From the NCBI GenBank assembly GCA_011109175.1, contig RDEW01000003.1:1546429-1610428 (forward strand): a DNA stretch of 64,000 nt, read 5' to 3'. Made by a program: the position numbers and the translations under genes. Positions 39,851 to 52,732 of the stretch are shown one piece after another. The notes beneath the pieces are model-generated. The model was not told the DNA's origin, ran no database searches, and saw only the letters and a program-made list of their open reading frames with translations. Source of the DNA: Dicyema japonicum. Lineage: Eukaryota > Animalia > Dicyemida. Every line of letters starts with the position of its first letter. Position 1 is the first letter of the stretch.

Positions 39851-40079
39851 TCCTACAGAGAGATAGGAAATGTTTATTGATGGCTTTGTACAGATTACCA
39901 GAATTGTCCTTCTTAATTTATCGATCCCCTTTTTTACCAATTGACCGTGCGGGATTGATCCCCACGTTAAAAGAAGTCGGAAAATCATTTATTTAAAATG
40001 AAGTATTAGGGGCTAAAATCTGGATTGGGGACTGGTTCCTAACTTAAAAGACGTCAAAAACTTTATGAAATGAGGTACA

Positions 40080-40240
40080 ATGATATTATCATCACTGTCA
40101 GGGATAAAGACTACCAATCAACCGTTGGGGTCATACAAGAAATGCCGGCTTCGACCTCTCCATTGTCGTCTGGGATCACTTAGTAAGATAGGGCATTCTT
40201 TAACCCAGTGGTGCTGGGCAATGATAATGACATTTTGGGA
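40080..40240 (+). mobile_element. LINE 3' remnant (GIT-stop family)
   Basis: SSGIT* with GGGATCACTTAG at 40172-40183 and downstream AGTGG. Confidence 0.5.
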
Positions 40241-40374
40241 TCAAATTAGGGTTTTAAACTTGTTTCCCATAAGAAATCATTATCTGAGTTCTAATCTTAT
40301 CCGTGAAAAATTATAATAGAAATTGTAAATTGTGTCAAAATAATTATAGGATTTAAAAAAGAGCGAGTGTATAT

Positions 40375-40500
40375 GCCGAGCCAGTTATAGCATTGTAATT
40401 TGTTCCGGACCAAAATCAGGAGGTCCCAGGTTTGATTCTCGCTGTTGTCTATTCAGGATGAAAGTTGACGAGAAACGCCGTCATCAGTGTTTCCAGGAGT
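40375..40500 (+). mobile_element. Divergent SINE sharing part of the core
   Basis: GGTTTGATTCTC B-box-like sequence and TTGACGAGAAACGCCGTCATCAGTG. Confidence 0.55.
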
Positions 40501-40588
40501 CTATTGTTTAAGCGAATGCACATAAATTTGTAATAGGAAGCTGCTGTTACTACTAATATGTTTATAAATTAAAATCATTTTTATTGAG

Positions 40589-41275
40589 TCATAAATTGAA
40601 TTTACATTTTTTTCTTGATGACTGTACACAATTTTTATTTTCCTGTTTAATCGTAAACTGGATTATCTTAGATTCTTTATTTTCTTCATTGTAATAAAGC
40701 TGAATAGAAATATCAAATAGCGTTTTAATATTTTTTTGAGTCAAGGCAGAGCATTCGACATATGCCTTTGCTCCAATTTTTTTAGCCAATTTTCTCCCCT
40801 CTTTTTCTTTAATTATTTTGGATTTCATTTGTACATCTGATATTAAATCACATTGAGTGCCAACGAGAACAATTGATTTTTTATCTGAATTGGGCAGTTG
40901 GTTAATCCAAAAGGACGTAATCCTTTCAAAACTTAATCGATCAATTAAACTGAAACACAAAAGTATAACATTTGAAGAGTCCACAATGTTAGAACTCACA
41001 CGATAATTTTCAAACTAAAAATTTACAATTTATTTTTACATTGCCAGAAGTATCATATATATTCAACGTCATTGGGTTTCCTCTATAATCAACTGACACT
41101 AGAGAGTCAGAGTTAACAATACTTGAATAGCTTTTTGAGTTGTTGGGGTATAATCTTGCGAAAAAGTGTTTTTTGCATAACTTAGTAAAAGACAAGATTT
41201 TCCAATATTACAATCACCAACAATAACAATTTTTATTTGATTAATTTTTTTTATTACACAGGAATTGTAATCCAT
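40589..41275 (-). CDS. Divergent Rho-family small GTPase, 3 exons
   Basis: KIVIVGDCNIGKSCLLLSY, YDTSG, LLCFSL, VLVGTQCDL, YVECSALTQKNIK. Confidence 0.9.
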
Positions 41276-41594
41276 AACTAGAATGGTAGCGATGCGTATC
41301 TAAGCAACAAAATTAACTAGGAGTACAACTGCCTAACCAGAATATCTTAAGGCGACAATTTACTTTTAATATCTATTATGTATTGTTTTTCTTTCGCTCG
41401 ATAAATAAAACAATAAACCGCATTCATCGAATTTCAACAATGACGACACATCATTGAATTTTTAATCAATAAACTCTTATCGTTAAAACAATATAATTTC
41501 ATGAATTTTCCGAACAATTCGAAACTACCTTTTTCATCCTTGTCCAGTGATAGTCCACAGGGGATACACTCCCAGCTCTCTGCTCTGAGGTCGA

Positions 41595-41680
41595 GGATTA
41601 TCATGAGAGGCAACTCACATTGTGTGTTCAATGCCTGCAGGCCATAATGGATACCTTGTCATAACAACTAAATCGACCGT
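41595..41680 (+). repeat. Dispersed short repeat, longer copy
   Basis: ATCATGAGAGGCAACTC...GCCTGCAGGCCATAATGGATACCTTGTCATAACAACT. Confidence 0.65.
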
Positions 41681-41699
41681 TAATAAAATTGTTCTATTT

Positions 41700-42800
41700 A
41701 TTATTTATTATTTAAGCCAAAGAAACACCGTCTTAACCAATAACTAATATTCAGGTGATCCCGGCATCTCTCAATAATCGGGCCATTTTTTCTCGATGCT
41801 CCGACTGTGATCCCACGCATTTTCTATACGGACGGGGGTCTTTTTCCTTTTCTCTTCTGAAATTGCCTCCAGTTGCCTCTATGATAGACTCGAGTGTTCT
41901 GGGGGCAATTTCTTTATCTGTATATTTTTCTAGTAACTTTTTTGCTCTTGACTGGATATCTTGAATTTTTGTTAGGTTCGTTGCCGACAGGTTAGATCCC
42001 CATGCAGTACATGCATAGCCTATTGTTGGCTCGATATACTGCTTGTAGAGGGTCCCGATACCTGGCGGATAAATTTCCTCCACAGTTCCAAAGGAAGGCT
42101 TTTACAAAATTGATCTTCTTCACACAGGTTGATATGATGGATTCCACATGGGCTGAGAAGCAAAGGAAAGTATCAAAAGTTACTCCAGTATCTTCTGCGA
42201 TTTCTTTCGTGCTATAGGTACTCAATTTAACGTGACATCAATTGTTTGCGTTCCCATCTTTCTATTCTTAGTAAATAGAGTGATTGCTGACTTTTCGGAA
42301 CATGCATTTAATCGATTCTTGCACAACCATTTATATATGTTATTTAGTATTCCTTGTAGTCTTTCTTTAGCATGTTCGACATTTTTGTCCCTAGATGCGA
42401 CAACTATGTCATCGGCATAGGAAAGTAGCATGTCATTATTATTTATAGGTACGGGAGATCACTCAAAAACAAATTAAAAAGGATTGGTGACAGAGGAGAT
42501 CCTTGGGGTACACCATTGGGTAATAATCCCGATCTGGAACTCTTGTTTCCGACGGATACTTTCCCTCGGCGTCCACTTACGAAATTTGCTAACCATAACT
42601 TTAATGGTGCATCAATTTTTGTCAAAAATATTTTTCGTATGAGGATCTTCCTTGGGACAGAGTCGAAAGCTTTTTGAATATCGATCGTACATATGACCGA
42701 TTTTTCCTGTTTTGGCTTGTTCTTGTGTCCTTCAGTTATGAACTTCATTAATGTTGTTAGGAAGGAGGTTGTTGATAATCCTTCCTTGAAGCCATGTTGT
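41700..42800 (-). mobile_element. Jockey/I-like LINE RT to C-terminus (GIT-stop family)
   Basis: IDIQKAFDSV, GVPQGSPLSPILFNLF, SYADDI, LYKQYIEP, ending LLRDAGIT*. Confidence 0.92.
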
Positions 42801-42929
42801 AATTAAAAAATTAAAATTAACCTGTTAAATAAAAATTTTTAAAATGATATTTTAAAGTGAGAAAATATGAGATATTTTCGATGATTATTTAACTAAATAA
42901 TCTATTTATTGCCTATTAATTATCTGAAC

Positions 42930-43620
42930 ATTGCTGCGTGGTGCCAACGTTAGTGTTGTGCTATGTGGCTACTTGTTGAAGAATTTTGTTTGTTTCGTCT
43001 GTTCCTCCTTTCTTCTTTTCAACTAGAGTGGTGTCATGTGATCCACTGTCTTAGGTGCCGCCCAGTGCCAGGTTGACATGAAAAGGGATCATTTGCTCTC
43101 CAACACATCACTGGAGGGTTTCCACAACTTCGAGGAATGGACGTCTTTTACCTTTGATGCTGGTTCTGGATGGACTTGACGTGAAGGATTTTGTTTCTTG
43201 GACAGTGGAAACTGGATACAGTTAATTAGTGGGAACTGAATACACACGGAAGTCACCAGGGCTATAGTAAAACTGAAAAATGGTCGTTCCCCCGGACTTC
43301 ATCTAAAGAAATAGATAAGTTCTCAGTTATTTAAAATGGCTTCTGAAATTAGAAATGGTACCTAACGATGAATGTTTCCAAAATGAAAGTAGTGGATATC
43401 AGAAAAATAGAAAGAAGACCGGATGAGCCACGGAAGACCAATTAGCTTGGGTCCTTACTTAGAGACAGTGAAGTCGCCCTTGCTAAAGCTGCAATAAATA
43501 ATGTTAGAAAGAACTGGATTGACAGAAAACGAAGTATATCATTAATTCGTCAATGTGGGCGATGTCCATGGCTGAAACACTTGGAAATGACTCGTTTCAT
43601 CAAAGGCAACTCAAAAAATT
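42930..43620 (+). mobile_element. RTE-like element: 5' leader fused to degraded RT pieces
   Basis: Leader shared with 54675; followed by KLKNGRSPG and LGPYL fragments. Confidence 0.6.
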
Positions 43621-43679
43621 ACATTATTATTATTATTAAAAAGCACTACCGAGAAAACATAAATTAGTTAAGTTTCCCT

Positions 43680-44840
43680 TGTGCCTTATTCCTAATCATC
43701 CTCACCGTCAATCTCTACCATGATCCTCTGTTGCGAGCTAGTTCTCTTAGGTAGTCCAGGTCGTCCGCCGAAGTTAGTCTCATACCAACCGCCGATCGGT
43801 TTTCGTTCAAGATAGTCGGAAGTATTGTTCTTTGCTTTCCGCGGAATCCGGTAGTTGTCCATTGCGATATTTGCGAGGACCTGGTCATTCAGACGTAACA
43901 CGTGGCCAAAGAGGCTCCATCTTGATTTGAAAATATCATCTGACAGCACATCGAATTTGAATTTATTATAAAGGTTTGCATTAGAGATCTTCATAGATAG
44001 ACCAGTTGATCTTGATTACCGATTTGAGCTGAGCTCTGTGAAAAGAGCCAAGACGAGTAATCATTGCGTGTATTTCGTTTTGTTGGGATTTACGGATAAG
44101 TACCATTTCGAAAATATGTGTGGGAGAACGCTGAGCATGTGCTGAAATGTTTGAGTATCCTCAGATACAAAATCCAGATCGTCTACAAAATTATTTCGTC
44201 AGTTTTTTTCCAATGAGGGCTTTGAACTCTCTAATTGCAGCTTAAAGGTAAACAACGAAGAGGACCGGGGATAGCGAGTCACCCTGTGGAACTCCACGTA
44301 AAGTTGGAAAAAAGTTGGAGGTGCATTTTCCAAATTTGACAGAAAAATTAACAAGTTCCATATAATGTTTGCTCCATTGATCCTTTGAGTCTCGAGATCG
44401 CTGATTTGAGATGGAGGCTCTTCAAATATATTGTGAATGGAAAGGGATATCTTCGCTACAATTGCGATGGAGGAGTACTTCTTGAAACTAGGCCATGTTT
44501 CTGTGGACACCCAAGAGTCACACTTCCTGAATACTTGCTCTAAAGTGGTGATGGAAAGCGCCCCGATGGAATCACTGTCTTCTACTTCTCTCGGGATGGG
44601 GCATGCACAGATACCTTTTCTAGTGAAGATTTTCAGACTCCACGTTGAAAGTTGGGGAGGCAGCACAAGTATTCGAGAACTCCAAAATAAGAAATACCAC
44701 AGCCTCTTTTCCACGTACAGCTCGTTGTCGTCAAGACAAGTGAAGTCTTCGGGCTCAAGACGGTCTCTTTTCTAAGATCAAAAAAACTGAGTGGCTGTTT
44801 CAATAAATTTATCTGGCAGTTGTCAAGAGAAACAGGCACT
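43680..44840 (-). mobile_element. RTE-like LINE remnant (RT to C-terminus)
   Basis: GVPQGDSLSPVLFVVYL, RWSLFGHVLRL, DYLRELARNRGSW. Confidence 0.8.
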
Positions 44841-45189
44841 CAATTCTTTATGCTCTATCATTTTGATTGTTTTGTAAAATTAAAATTTCTCATTTTCCCT
44901 TCAAAAATTTATTTTTAAATTGATTCAGCGAAGGTTCAGTCACTCGACCGATTTCAACGTTCAATCAAAAAAGTCACTGAAAAAGTTAAGACTGCTACTA
45001 AAAATATCCTGGCAAATTTTTCATAAACTCACAAATTTTCCAACAACAGCTTTTTATTGAATCTTTTGTCTAATAAACTTTAAGAGCTAATTTTTATTAC
45101 TATTTCACAGCTGTCACTTTAAAAATATTTGATTTTCTCATTTTATCGACCGACTCTAGGATCAATGAGGTCACTAATGCTTACTCAAA

Positions 45190-47480
45190 CATAATTCTTT
45201 TTTCCATTAGTTGAACATTCAAGTTTGAGGACATTGGATATCGATTTCCTTCTATCCAAAAGTGTAGAAAATTTATCTGGATACGAGGCAATCAAGATGG
45301 ACCGTAAAAAGAGAAGAGGGGGTGGACTACTTACTCTATTCAAAAAGAATCTGAAATGCAGAGACATTACTTCGGAAGTGAGGGAACTTGTTGGAAATGA
45401 CGAGGTTACTGAAGCAATTGGAATCTCGCTTGGGACAACGAAAGGAAGTATGTGCCTCGTGAATATCTACTTGCCTCCTCCCGGCTCCTGTTCAAGGACT
45501 ATGTTATTCCAAACCTATCAAGATTGGCTATCTACGATGAGATAATCATATGTGGAAATTTAAACGCAAAGCATCCATTATGGTTGTCAGGCCGACACGA
45601 GAGGGAAGCTATTGTTATTAAAATCGGACTCCCTAACGATACTGAACGATCCAGCGAAAAATACAAGGAATCCACTCAGAGAGACGGATCAGCTTAACTC
45701 ACCGGATGTAACACTCTGCTCATCGTCGCTTTCATCAAAAATTGATTGGTCTACGAAACAAGAAGCGACCATGAAGTCATGAGAGAAGTCAGAATGAGGA
45801 GAACACCTGCTAGTTATAACTACAAAGCTGCTAATTGGGAATTGTATTGCGCAATCTCTGATGATAGACTGAAGAATTGTTACTTGGACAGCTTCAAATC
45901 GCTAGAAAAAGCGATCAAATACTTTACTTGCACAATCCTAGAAGCAAAATCATTGGATATTCCCAAGCATCGTCTAAACTCCTCTAATGATCGAGGGAAG
46001 TCAGCATTGATCAAAGAAAGAAATCACCTTAAAAAATCTAATCGGATCACATTAGAAACGAAACTCCGGATCAGAGCTCTAAACAACGAAATAAAGGCCA
46101 GAGAGTTCAAGGCCCAGAAATTGAAGTGGAATCGGATTCTTACAAAGGTAAATCGCAACCGTAGTACCGGAGAAGTGTGGAAAGCCATCCGAAATGTTGC
46201 AAAGGGAGAAGAAACTTCCCCGAGGATGACTATACTCAACGAGACGTTAACAATTTGATAAAATTCTACACAAAAATTTCGTACAAAGAACACAGGAAGT
46301 CGAAAGTGCTTCTCTCTTCATGGAGAAAACTGAAGAAGAATTCTAACCCAGTTTACTTCTCGGATGAAGACGTGAAGAATGCGCTGCGTTTTAAAAGAAC
46401 AACGTACTCTGCCGGTCCCGACAACATTACAGTAGTGTTATTGAAGAACCTTGGAGATATGGAGTCGGTTTTCTAACGTCGGTGTATAACTATTCAATTA
46501 ATTGTAATACCGTTGTTATGGAAGCAAGCCAACATCCAGACCTATACTGAAACCAGGAAAACTTAAGGAAGATCAGGCATCATTTAAACCTGTGTCATTA
46601 TTATGGACGGAGGGGACGTGTTTGCCTCGGAGGACTGAAATCAGTCTCACGTCTTCTCCCAAACGGTGTCCCCAAGGATCTCCTTTATCCTCCGCTTTAT
46701 TCAATTTATATCTGGCCGACCTCCCGACACCGGAATCCAATAACGATGTTCTACTTTCATATGCGGACGACATTGTTTTGGCCTCGCGTGATCGGGGTAT
46801 AAAAATGCTACAGAAAAATTACAAATTAACCTGGAACGAATCAACGCCTGGGTAATGAAGAACCGACTCACGATAAATTCCAGAAAGTCGGTCACGTCTA
46901 TGTTTACTTCGGACAAAAGGTTGGGGAAAATGACTGTCAAGTTAAAATTGGACAACATTGAAATCCCCTTCACCAAATGTCAGAAGATCCTGGGCGTGAC
47001 ACTGGATACGCATTTATATTTGTCACCACACGTGGCAAACATTGTTCTGAAGTGCGAGAAGAGGATCAATGTATTAAAATGTTCATCTGAAATATAGAGG
47101 CCGGTACCCACCCGGTCTTGATGAACATTTACAAGCAATACATTGAACCATGCTTCTCGTACGCGTGTGCTTCGTGGGGACCTTCATTATCATGGACTAA
47201 CACTAATAAAATCGAGGACGTTCAAAAGAAGGTTTTCAGAATGACGGAGCGGTGGACTTGTGGGAGACATAGAACCGGACCGACTACTCTGGAGGCCCTC
47301 ATTAAACAAAACTCCGGCATGCGGGAAGGTGACCCTGCAAATTCAGTCAGCCCTGTACGAGCTTGTATGGGTACGAGGGAGGAGCACCGGGAAAGAAAGA
47401 GGATTTTGGCGGAGCGCATCGGGATCACGTGATAGTTAGTTTTGGTTTTACCGTGGTCTTGAATGTTAAATAAATAAAAT
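45190..47480 (+). mobile_element. Jockey/I-like LINE ORF2 remnant with internal deletions (GIT-stop family)
   Basis: RRGGGLLTL, VNIYLPP, CGNLNAKHPLW, SDHE, PQGSPLSSALFNLY, SYADDI, ending RIGIT*. Confidence 0.92.
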
Positions 47481-47579
47481 GACACGAAAAACTTATTTTA
47501 TTTTTAACCTGAAGACGTTTTGAAATACGTTATTCTAAATTATTATAGGTAAATAAAAGAGTAAATAATCATATAGTGG

Positions 47580-48105
47580 CTGCACTGGCTGCGTGGCTAT
47601 TTCCTCTCAGGATAGCGAGCGAGATTCGCTAAAATAACCAGCAGCGCTCACCAGGGTCTCCTGTTAGTGTATCGATCCGATTCCCTAGACGACTCAAGAA
47701 TTCCACCGTCGCAGGTGCAAGGGAACCAGACGTCTCAGCGGCGAGTAAAGCAAACAAAAAATCCTTGGGTAGGACCGCGTACTTTTTCCATTTCAACTTC
47801 TCAGCCTTCTTAGCTGCAGAACAGGCACCAGAGGCACTCTGGAGTAGGTCGCAAGAGGTAAACGTGTCGGTGCAGGTGATTTCCCAGACAAGAGGTTTAC
47901 CAGCTTCAAAAGGGAAGATTGTCATCCTACGTGGTCGTTTCTTTCCCCGCCTGCAAAGACCGACTGGTTCGAGCATGGAGGGGTGTTTTTCGGCGTCCAA
48001 AGCTCTCCTAACGACTTCGTTCAAGGCTATGTGTTTGGGAAATCTGCCTGCACTCTTCCTGCAGGAGAGAGGGTGTAATCCAAAACAGTCGATCTGTAGT
48101 AATCC
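47580..48105 (-). mobile_element. CRE element 3' segment (REL domain)
   Basis: GLHPLSCRKSAGRFPKH, KRP, WEITCTDTF, EKLKWKKY, AAETSG. Confidence 0.88.
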
Positions 48106-49490
48106 ATTAAAATGAACCGGATCCTGTCTGGGGTTTTTCCCAAGTTATCCGCCATGTCCTGTTCTCCGCCAATTTGATAGCTTTCAATAAGAAGGACGGC
48201 GGAGTACGACTGGTTGCGGTCGGGTTTGTCTTCAGAAGACTGGCTGCTAAAATTGCCTCCAGACATTCTATTCCACTCGTCACAAAATTCTTGAATCCCC
48301 CTCAAGTAGGCGTCGGTATTCACTTGGGATGCGAGGCTGCTGTTCAATCAGTGAGGACATTCATAACCCGCGATATAGAAGATTCCCGGGAACATGTCCT
48401 GGTCAAACTAGACATCAAGAACGCCTTCAATAGTCTAAGGAGGGACAATATCTTGGAGGCGTGTGTTGAGAGATGCTCTAATATTTTCGAATTTGTGAGT
48501 CAGTCATACAACCTACCTTCATCCATACTTTTCGGAGACGATCTAATCCATTCCTATTCTAAAGTGCAACAGGGAGATCCCCTTGGACCCCTATTGTTTT
48601 GTCTTGCACTGGAGAAAATCACCAAACTTCCGCGCTCGCCTCTCAACCTATGGTATCTGGATGATGCGGTCCTCGGAGGAGCCGCGAATACTTTTTTCCG
48701 GGATTTTGATTGATAATTCCAGCACTTTTGGAAGCTGGACTGGAAGTAAATTACACTAAATGCGAAATCTACAATTGTGGACTTTCAGAAGAGAAGTATT
48801 CAAAAGCTTTGTCATGTTTCGGAAATTTACTGACTGGAAGTATTTCCACACATGATGAAGACCTTGTATTCTTCGGATCCCCAATCACTATAAATGCAAT
48901 GGGAAGAGCTATGTGTGAAAAACGACGCTACTCGGAGAGACTCTGAACCGCTTGTGTCTACTTGATATGCATACAGCATTATTCCTTTTGAAAAACAGTC
49001 TCAACGTACAGAGGCTTGCACATGTCCTGAGGACTGCTGTTTATTTCACCCTGTATGAGCAACTCGCACAGATTAACGAGATTTTTCGTACGACAGCGGA
49101 ACGTATCTTCAACTTCCGGTTCGAGGATTACTCATGGAAGCAAGCCACGCTGCCAGTGAGACTTGGAGGACTTGGAATTTGGAACCCTGTGGACCTTTCT
49201 TTCCCTTCATACCTATTATCGCTAGTGGGCTGTAGCTCCCATGTCGAAAGGATTCTACACTCCATACCAGAATTCTCAATTGACCAAGACATAACCCACG
49301 CACGAGAAGCCAATGGTACGATGACACGTATATAGGAAAGAGATTTGGGCCCTAGAATCCCCGAAATTTCGTTGCGACGGGATTGAAAATAAACTATCAT
49401 AAAACCACGTATTTATTTATCCAAGGTTCCTTCGAGTGAAAGAAACAGACGGCTAACAAGAACGTCACAGCTAAGAGCGGATGCTCACAG
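48105..49490 (+). mobile_element. CRE element RT segment, inverted relative to 47580-48105
   Basis: KKDGGVRLVAVG, KLDIKNAFNS, VQQGDPLGPLLFCL, WYLDD, QATLPVRLGGLG. Confidence 0.9.
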
Positions 49491-49719
49491 AGATCCAACA
49501 GGTGTATTTGATTCTGTGCAGAACACGTAGATGGACCAAGACAATAGGTGACCCGTATAGACGTAAATTAAAAAAACATTTTAATTTCATAACATAATAG
49601 TTTTACATATAAATTAATTAAATTTATTAATATATAATTAAAAAAGACACATTTAAATATATCTTGAATATTGTGCGCACTTTGTGGTAATTTTTATAAA
49701 GATTTATTTGTCAAAATAT

Positions 49720-51744
49720 TATGCCTACTTTGGGGTATTAAAACTTTTTTTATTATCTTTTACTACTTAGATCGGATAGCAAATCTTTTATCAAAATAAA
49801 GATGTACCGATTAATGTTTTATCACGGAATAAAAAGAAGGTTGACCTTAAGGTTTCACTTTTAAAATTATTAGAAATTTGATTTTCCTGTTAATTGTGCT
49901 ATTTTTAACTGTTTTAATGATTTATTCTATTAATAACAAATACAGAATGCACAAAGACATTCCAAGTATTTTTAATATTTGATAAAGCTATTAACTCGCT
50001 TTTATTAAATGAGATTAACAAATATAACGAAAAAATATCAACTGGGGGTGTTTACTATTTTTTTGAATTAGAAAATGCTCAATATGCTACTTTTTTTGGT
50101 TGAGCTTATTTATTTATAAACAGGGAATGGACACATTGGAGTTTATTTTAATGATATTGACTCTCGTTTATATTATTCTAATGACCAACATAATGCCATG
50201 AAATTAGCTGAAATCAATCCTCTTTTCAGACCCACAGAGTCCCCTGGTTTGAGATTCCATGTTAGTTGACTAGTTTTGTATTTTATGGATTTTGAAGATG
50301 GGTGTATGAATATGTTTTACTCATTCCCGAAAATTGTATTCCACTACTTTAACTTTAGAGTGGATTTGTTCTTAGAGAAACCCTTGCTGTCCATCGGGGA
50401 AAAAAATCAGTCATACTACAGCAATTTCAACTCGAAAATGACTCAGTTTGAGTATAATAATTGTAGAATGATAAGGTGGAGATAGAATTGAATCTTCCGT
50501 TTATTGAATCACATAATGGAGATCATTTCGATTTGCAAGATTTTATTGCATTTAAATATCCAATCCTATGAATTGTCTGTTTATACGCTCTAAAAAGAAA
50601 AAAGTCAGCGTTCCTCCTAAAAGGTTCTCAGTTTAATAATAAAACAGTAATAATTCTTTTATTTTTCTGACATTTTTCGTTTGCAGTGAGAATGGAATCG
50701 CGTTTTCTCAGCCTGATGCTCAGGCTCTGATAAATCAGGTTATTGGCTCGGAGGTTAACGATTCTTTCAAGTCAATTTACAATACACATTTTAAAATATG
50801 GAAACACGTATGTTTTATATATTATTAATAGGCAAGATCAATCAACATAATTCTAAGTCATTCGAAAGCGCCAAAAGCTGTCAATTCTCAGTTGGTCAAG
50901 GCTACGTCTTACTATATCCTTAGTAATACTAAAATAAAAAACAGTGCATTCTTTGATTATCCTGAATTTGATGATTTAAATGGTTGTTACTCCGGAAATC
51001 CTACTTTGTATAAATTTTATTGTTATTTTAAAGATTTGTCGCCTCGTTGTGGTCATATGATCTAACAAAAATAGAAAACATTTTTAGCATGACTCATATA
51101 TGGTTTATCACCCTTAGCAATGGGGGTTGTTTGAATACTTTAAAATCCGTCAATGGAATTATTACTGCATTCTTTCTTAGCATCGGCTCTTTTAAATTTA
51201 CTCATCAACATTTTGAAATTAATATGTCACCTGCTGATATGCATAGGGAAATTATATTTCTCAATTTTAAATATAGACCAACTTTTTTAACGTAAAAATT
51301 TCACTTGCTTCTAACAATAAACCTTATCTCTCCATATCTCTCGATCACGAAGATGTCCCAATGTATGCGTGTGGAGGTGCTTGCTTTAGTCCTGCTACAA
51401 AAATTAGGTTTATTATTTATTAATTTTGTAGTACTTATCCAAAATCATTGGTAGTAAAACAAACTGTCCCCCAATCTCCAATTTTATACCTGTCTACTGA
51501 TATTAATCACATTAACTTGCTTAAATATGCAATTCATGTTGATTCTGTTAATGATGGTATCTGTAATTTCAAACGTTTAGCTCCCCCCCACGGAAGTTCA
51601 ATTATTACAATACACAGACATGGAAGCATTTTTGCAGATCTACCTATGGTCTTTTGGATCATTGTTATCATCGTCGTCGTTTTCCCTCACATTGCTCTTG
51701 GAATTTGTCTTTACAAGGAATTAATTAAAAATGGATCAAAGTGA
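49720..51744 (+). CDS. KIAA2013: KIAA2013-like (DUF2152) membrane protein; multi-exon, start approximate
   Basis: WFITLSNGGC..., MYACGGAC, SPILYLSTDINH and LPMVFW..HIAL..LYKEL match the KIAA2013 C-terminal pattern. Confidence 0.75.
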
Positions 51745-51826
51745 TTTTTTAATTTCTTGTTTTGTCTCAACTAAGCAAAAATAAACAAAAATCAAGTAGA
51801 AAGTAAACAAAATCAAATTGAAGGAA

Positions 51827-52732
51827 TCACATAGAACATCCAACTAAGCAGCTATCGATCACAACTTGATCGGTAGAGTCAGATTTATCCAAAATTCCAC
51901 GAAAAACATTCAAAGCACGTATACCGCCAATAGATGATAGTGCCTCCACTGCCTCATGACGTACCATAGGGGCCTCAGTTTCGCATTCAGAGCAGTCTTT
52001 AAGTGCATCAAATGAAAGATCATTTTGTAATTGACCAAGAACATAAGCTACTTCATGTCTGAACAAAGAAGAACCACATTTCAACCCAAGATTGAGAATT
52101 TTTACAGATTCATTTGAGTTAATATTTCTTAAAGAAAAAATAGCCCTGTATCTTCTATACAAGGTTTCATTATCGTCCAACAAAATATTTTTAAGTTCTT
52201 CAAGCGAAAGTGATTTGTCAAATGGATATGCGGGATCAATAGAAAGATAATTGGAATCAGAGGGTCCGTTTGACCCTCCATTCTCAATAAAATCCAATTT
52301 CTCCAAGCGAGAGTGCACGTTTCTGATAACTAAAATTATATTAACACAAACTTCAATAAAATTTGAAGCTGAATGCTTTTTTAAGGCAGATATAACCTCT
52401 GGTGAAGAAACACCAATAGCACCTAATGCTTCTCCTAAAGCAATATTAATACAATGAAAACCACACTCATGTCTAGTTATGACATCTTGCTTTTCGTCAT
52501 TTAGATTCTGGAGGAGAATAGGAATAGCTGCAGGATTCTGTGTCTGTCCCAAAACATAGGCACATTCGTGTTTAAGTAAAGTTGATTTATCACAAAATAG
52601 TTTTGATATTTCTTTTATTGTATCGTCCCCGGGAAAAGATAAAAGTTTTAAAAGAGAATTAAATCTTTCTGATATTGGACGATTTATATCATTTACAATT
52701 TTTGATAGAGAAAAGACAGAATCAACAACCAT
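51827..52732 (-). CDS. DOHH: Deoxyhypusine hydroxylase (HEAT repeats)
   Basis: LLKHECAYVLGQ, RHECGEALGAIG, SIDPAYP, RYRAIFSLRN, LFRHEVAYVLGQ, MVRHEAVEAL. Introns at 52330-52351 and 52435-52461. Confidence 0.95.
   Translation of the reverse strand: MVVDSVFSLSKIVNDINRPISERFNSLLKLLSFPGDDTIKEISKLFCDKSTLLKHECAYVLGQTQNPAAIPILLQNLNDEKQDVITRHECGFHCINIALGEALGAIGVSSPEVISALKKHSASNFIEVCVNIILVIRNVHSRLEKLDFIENGGSNGPSDSNYLSIDPAYPFDKSLSLEELKNILLDDNETLYRRYRAIFSLRNINSNESVKILNLGLKCGSSLFRHEVAYVLGQLQNDLSFDALKDCSECETEAPMVRHEAVEALSSIGGIRALNVFRGILDKSDSTDQVVIDSCLVGCSM

Noticed and set aside
47505-47545. CCTGAAGACGTTTTGAAATACG as a minimal hammerhead
   Set aside because: Stems II and III do not pair properly, and it is single-copy in AT-rich sequence.
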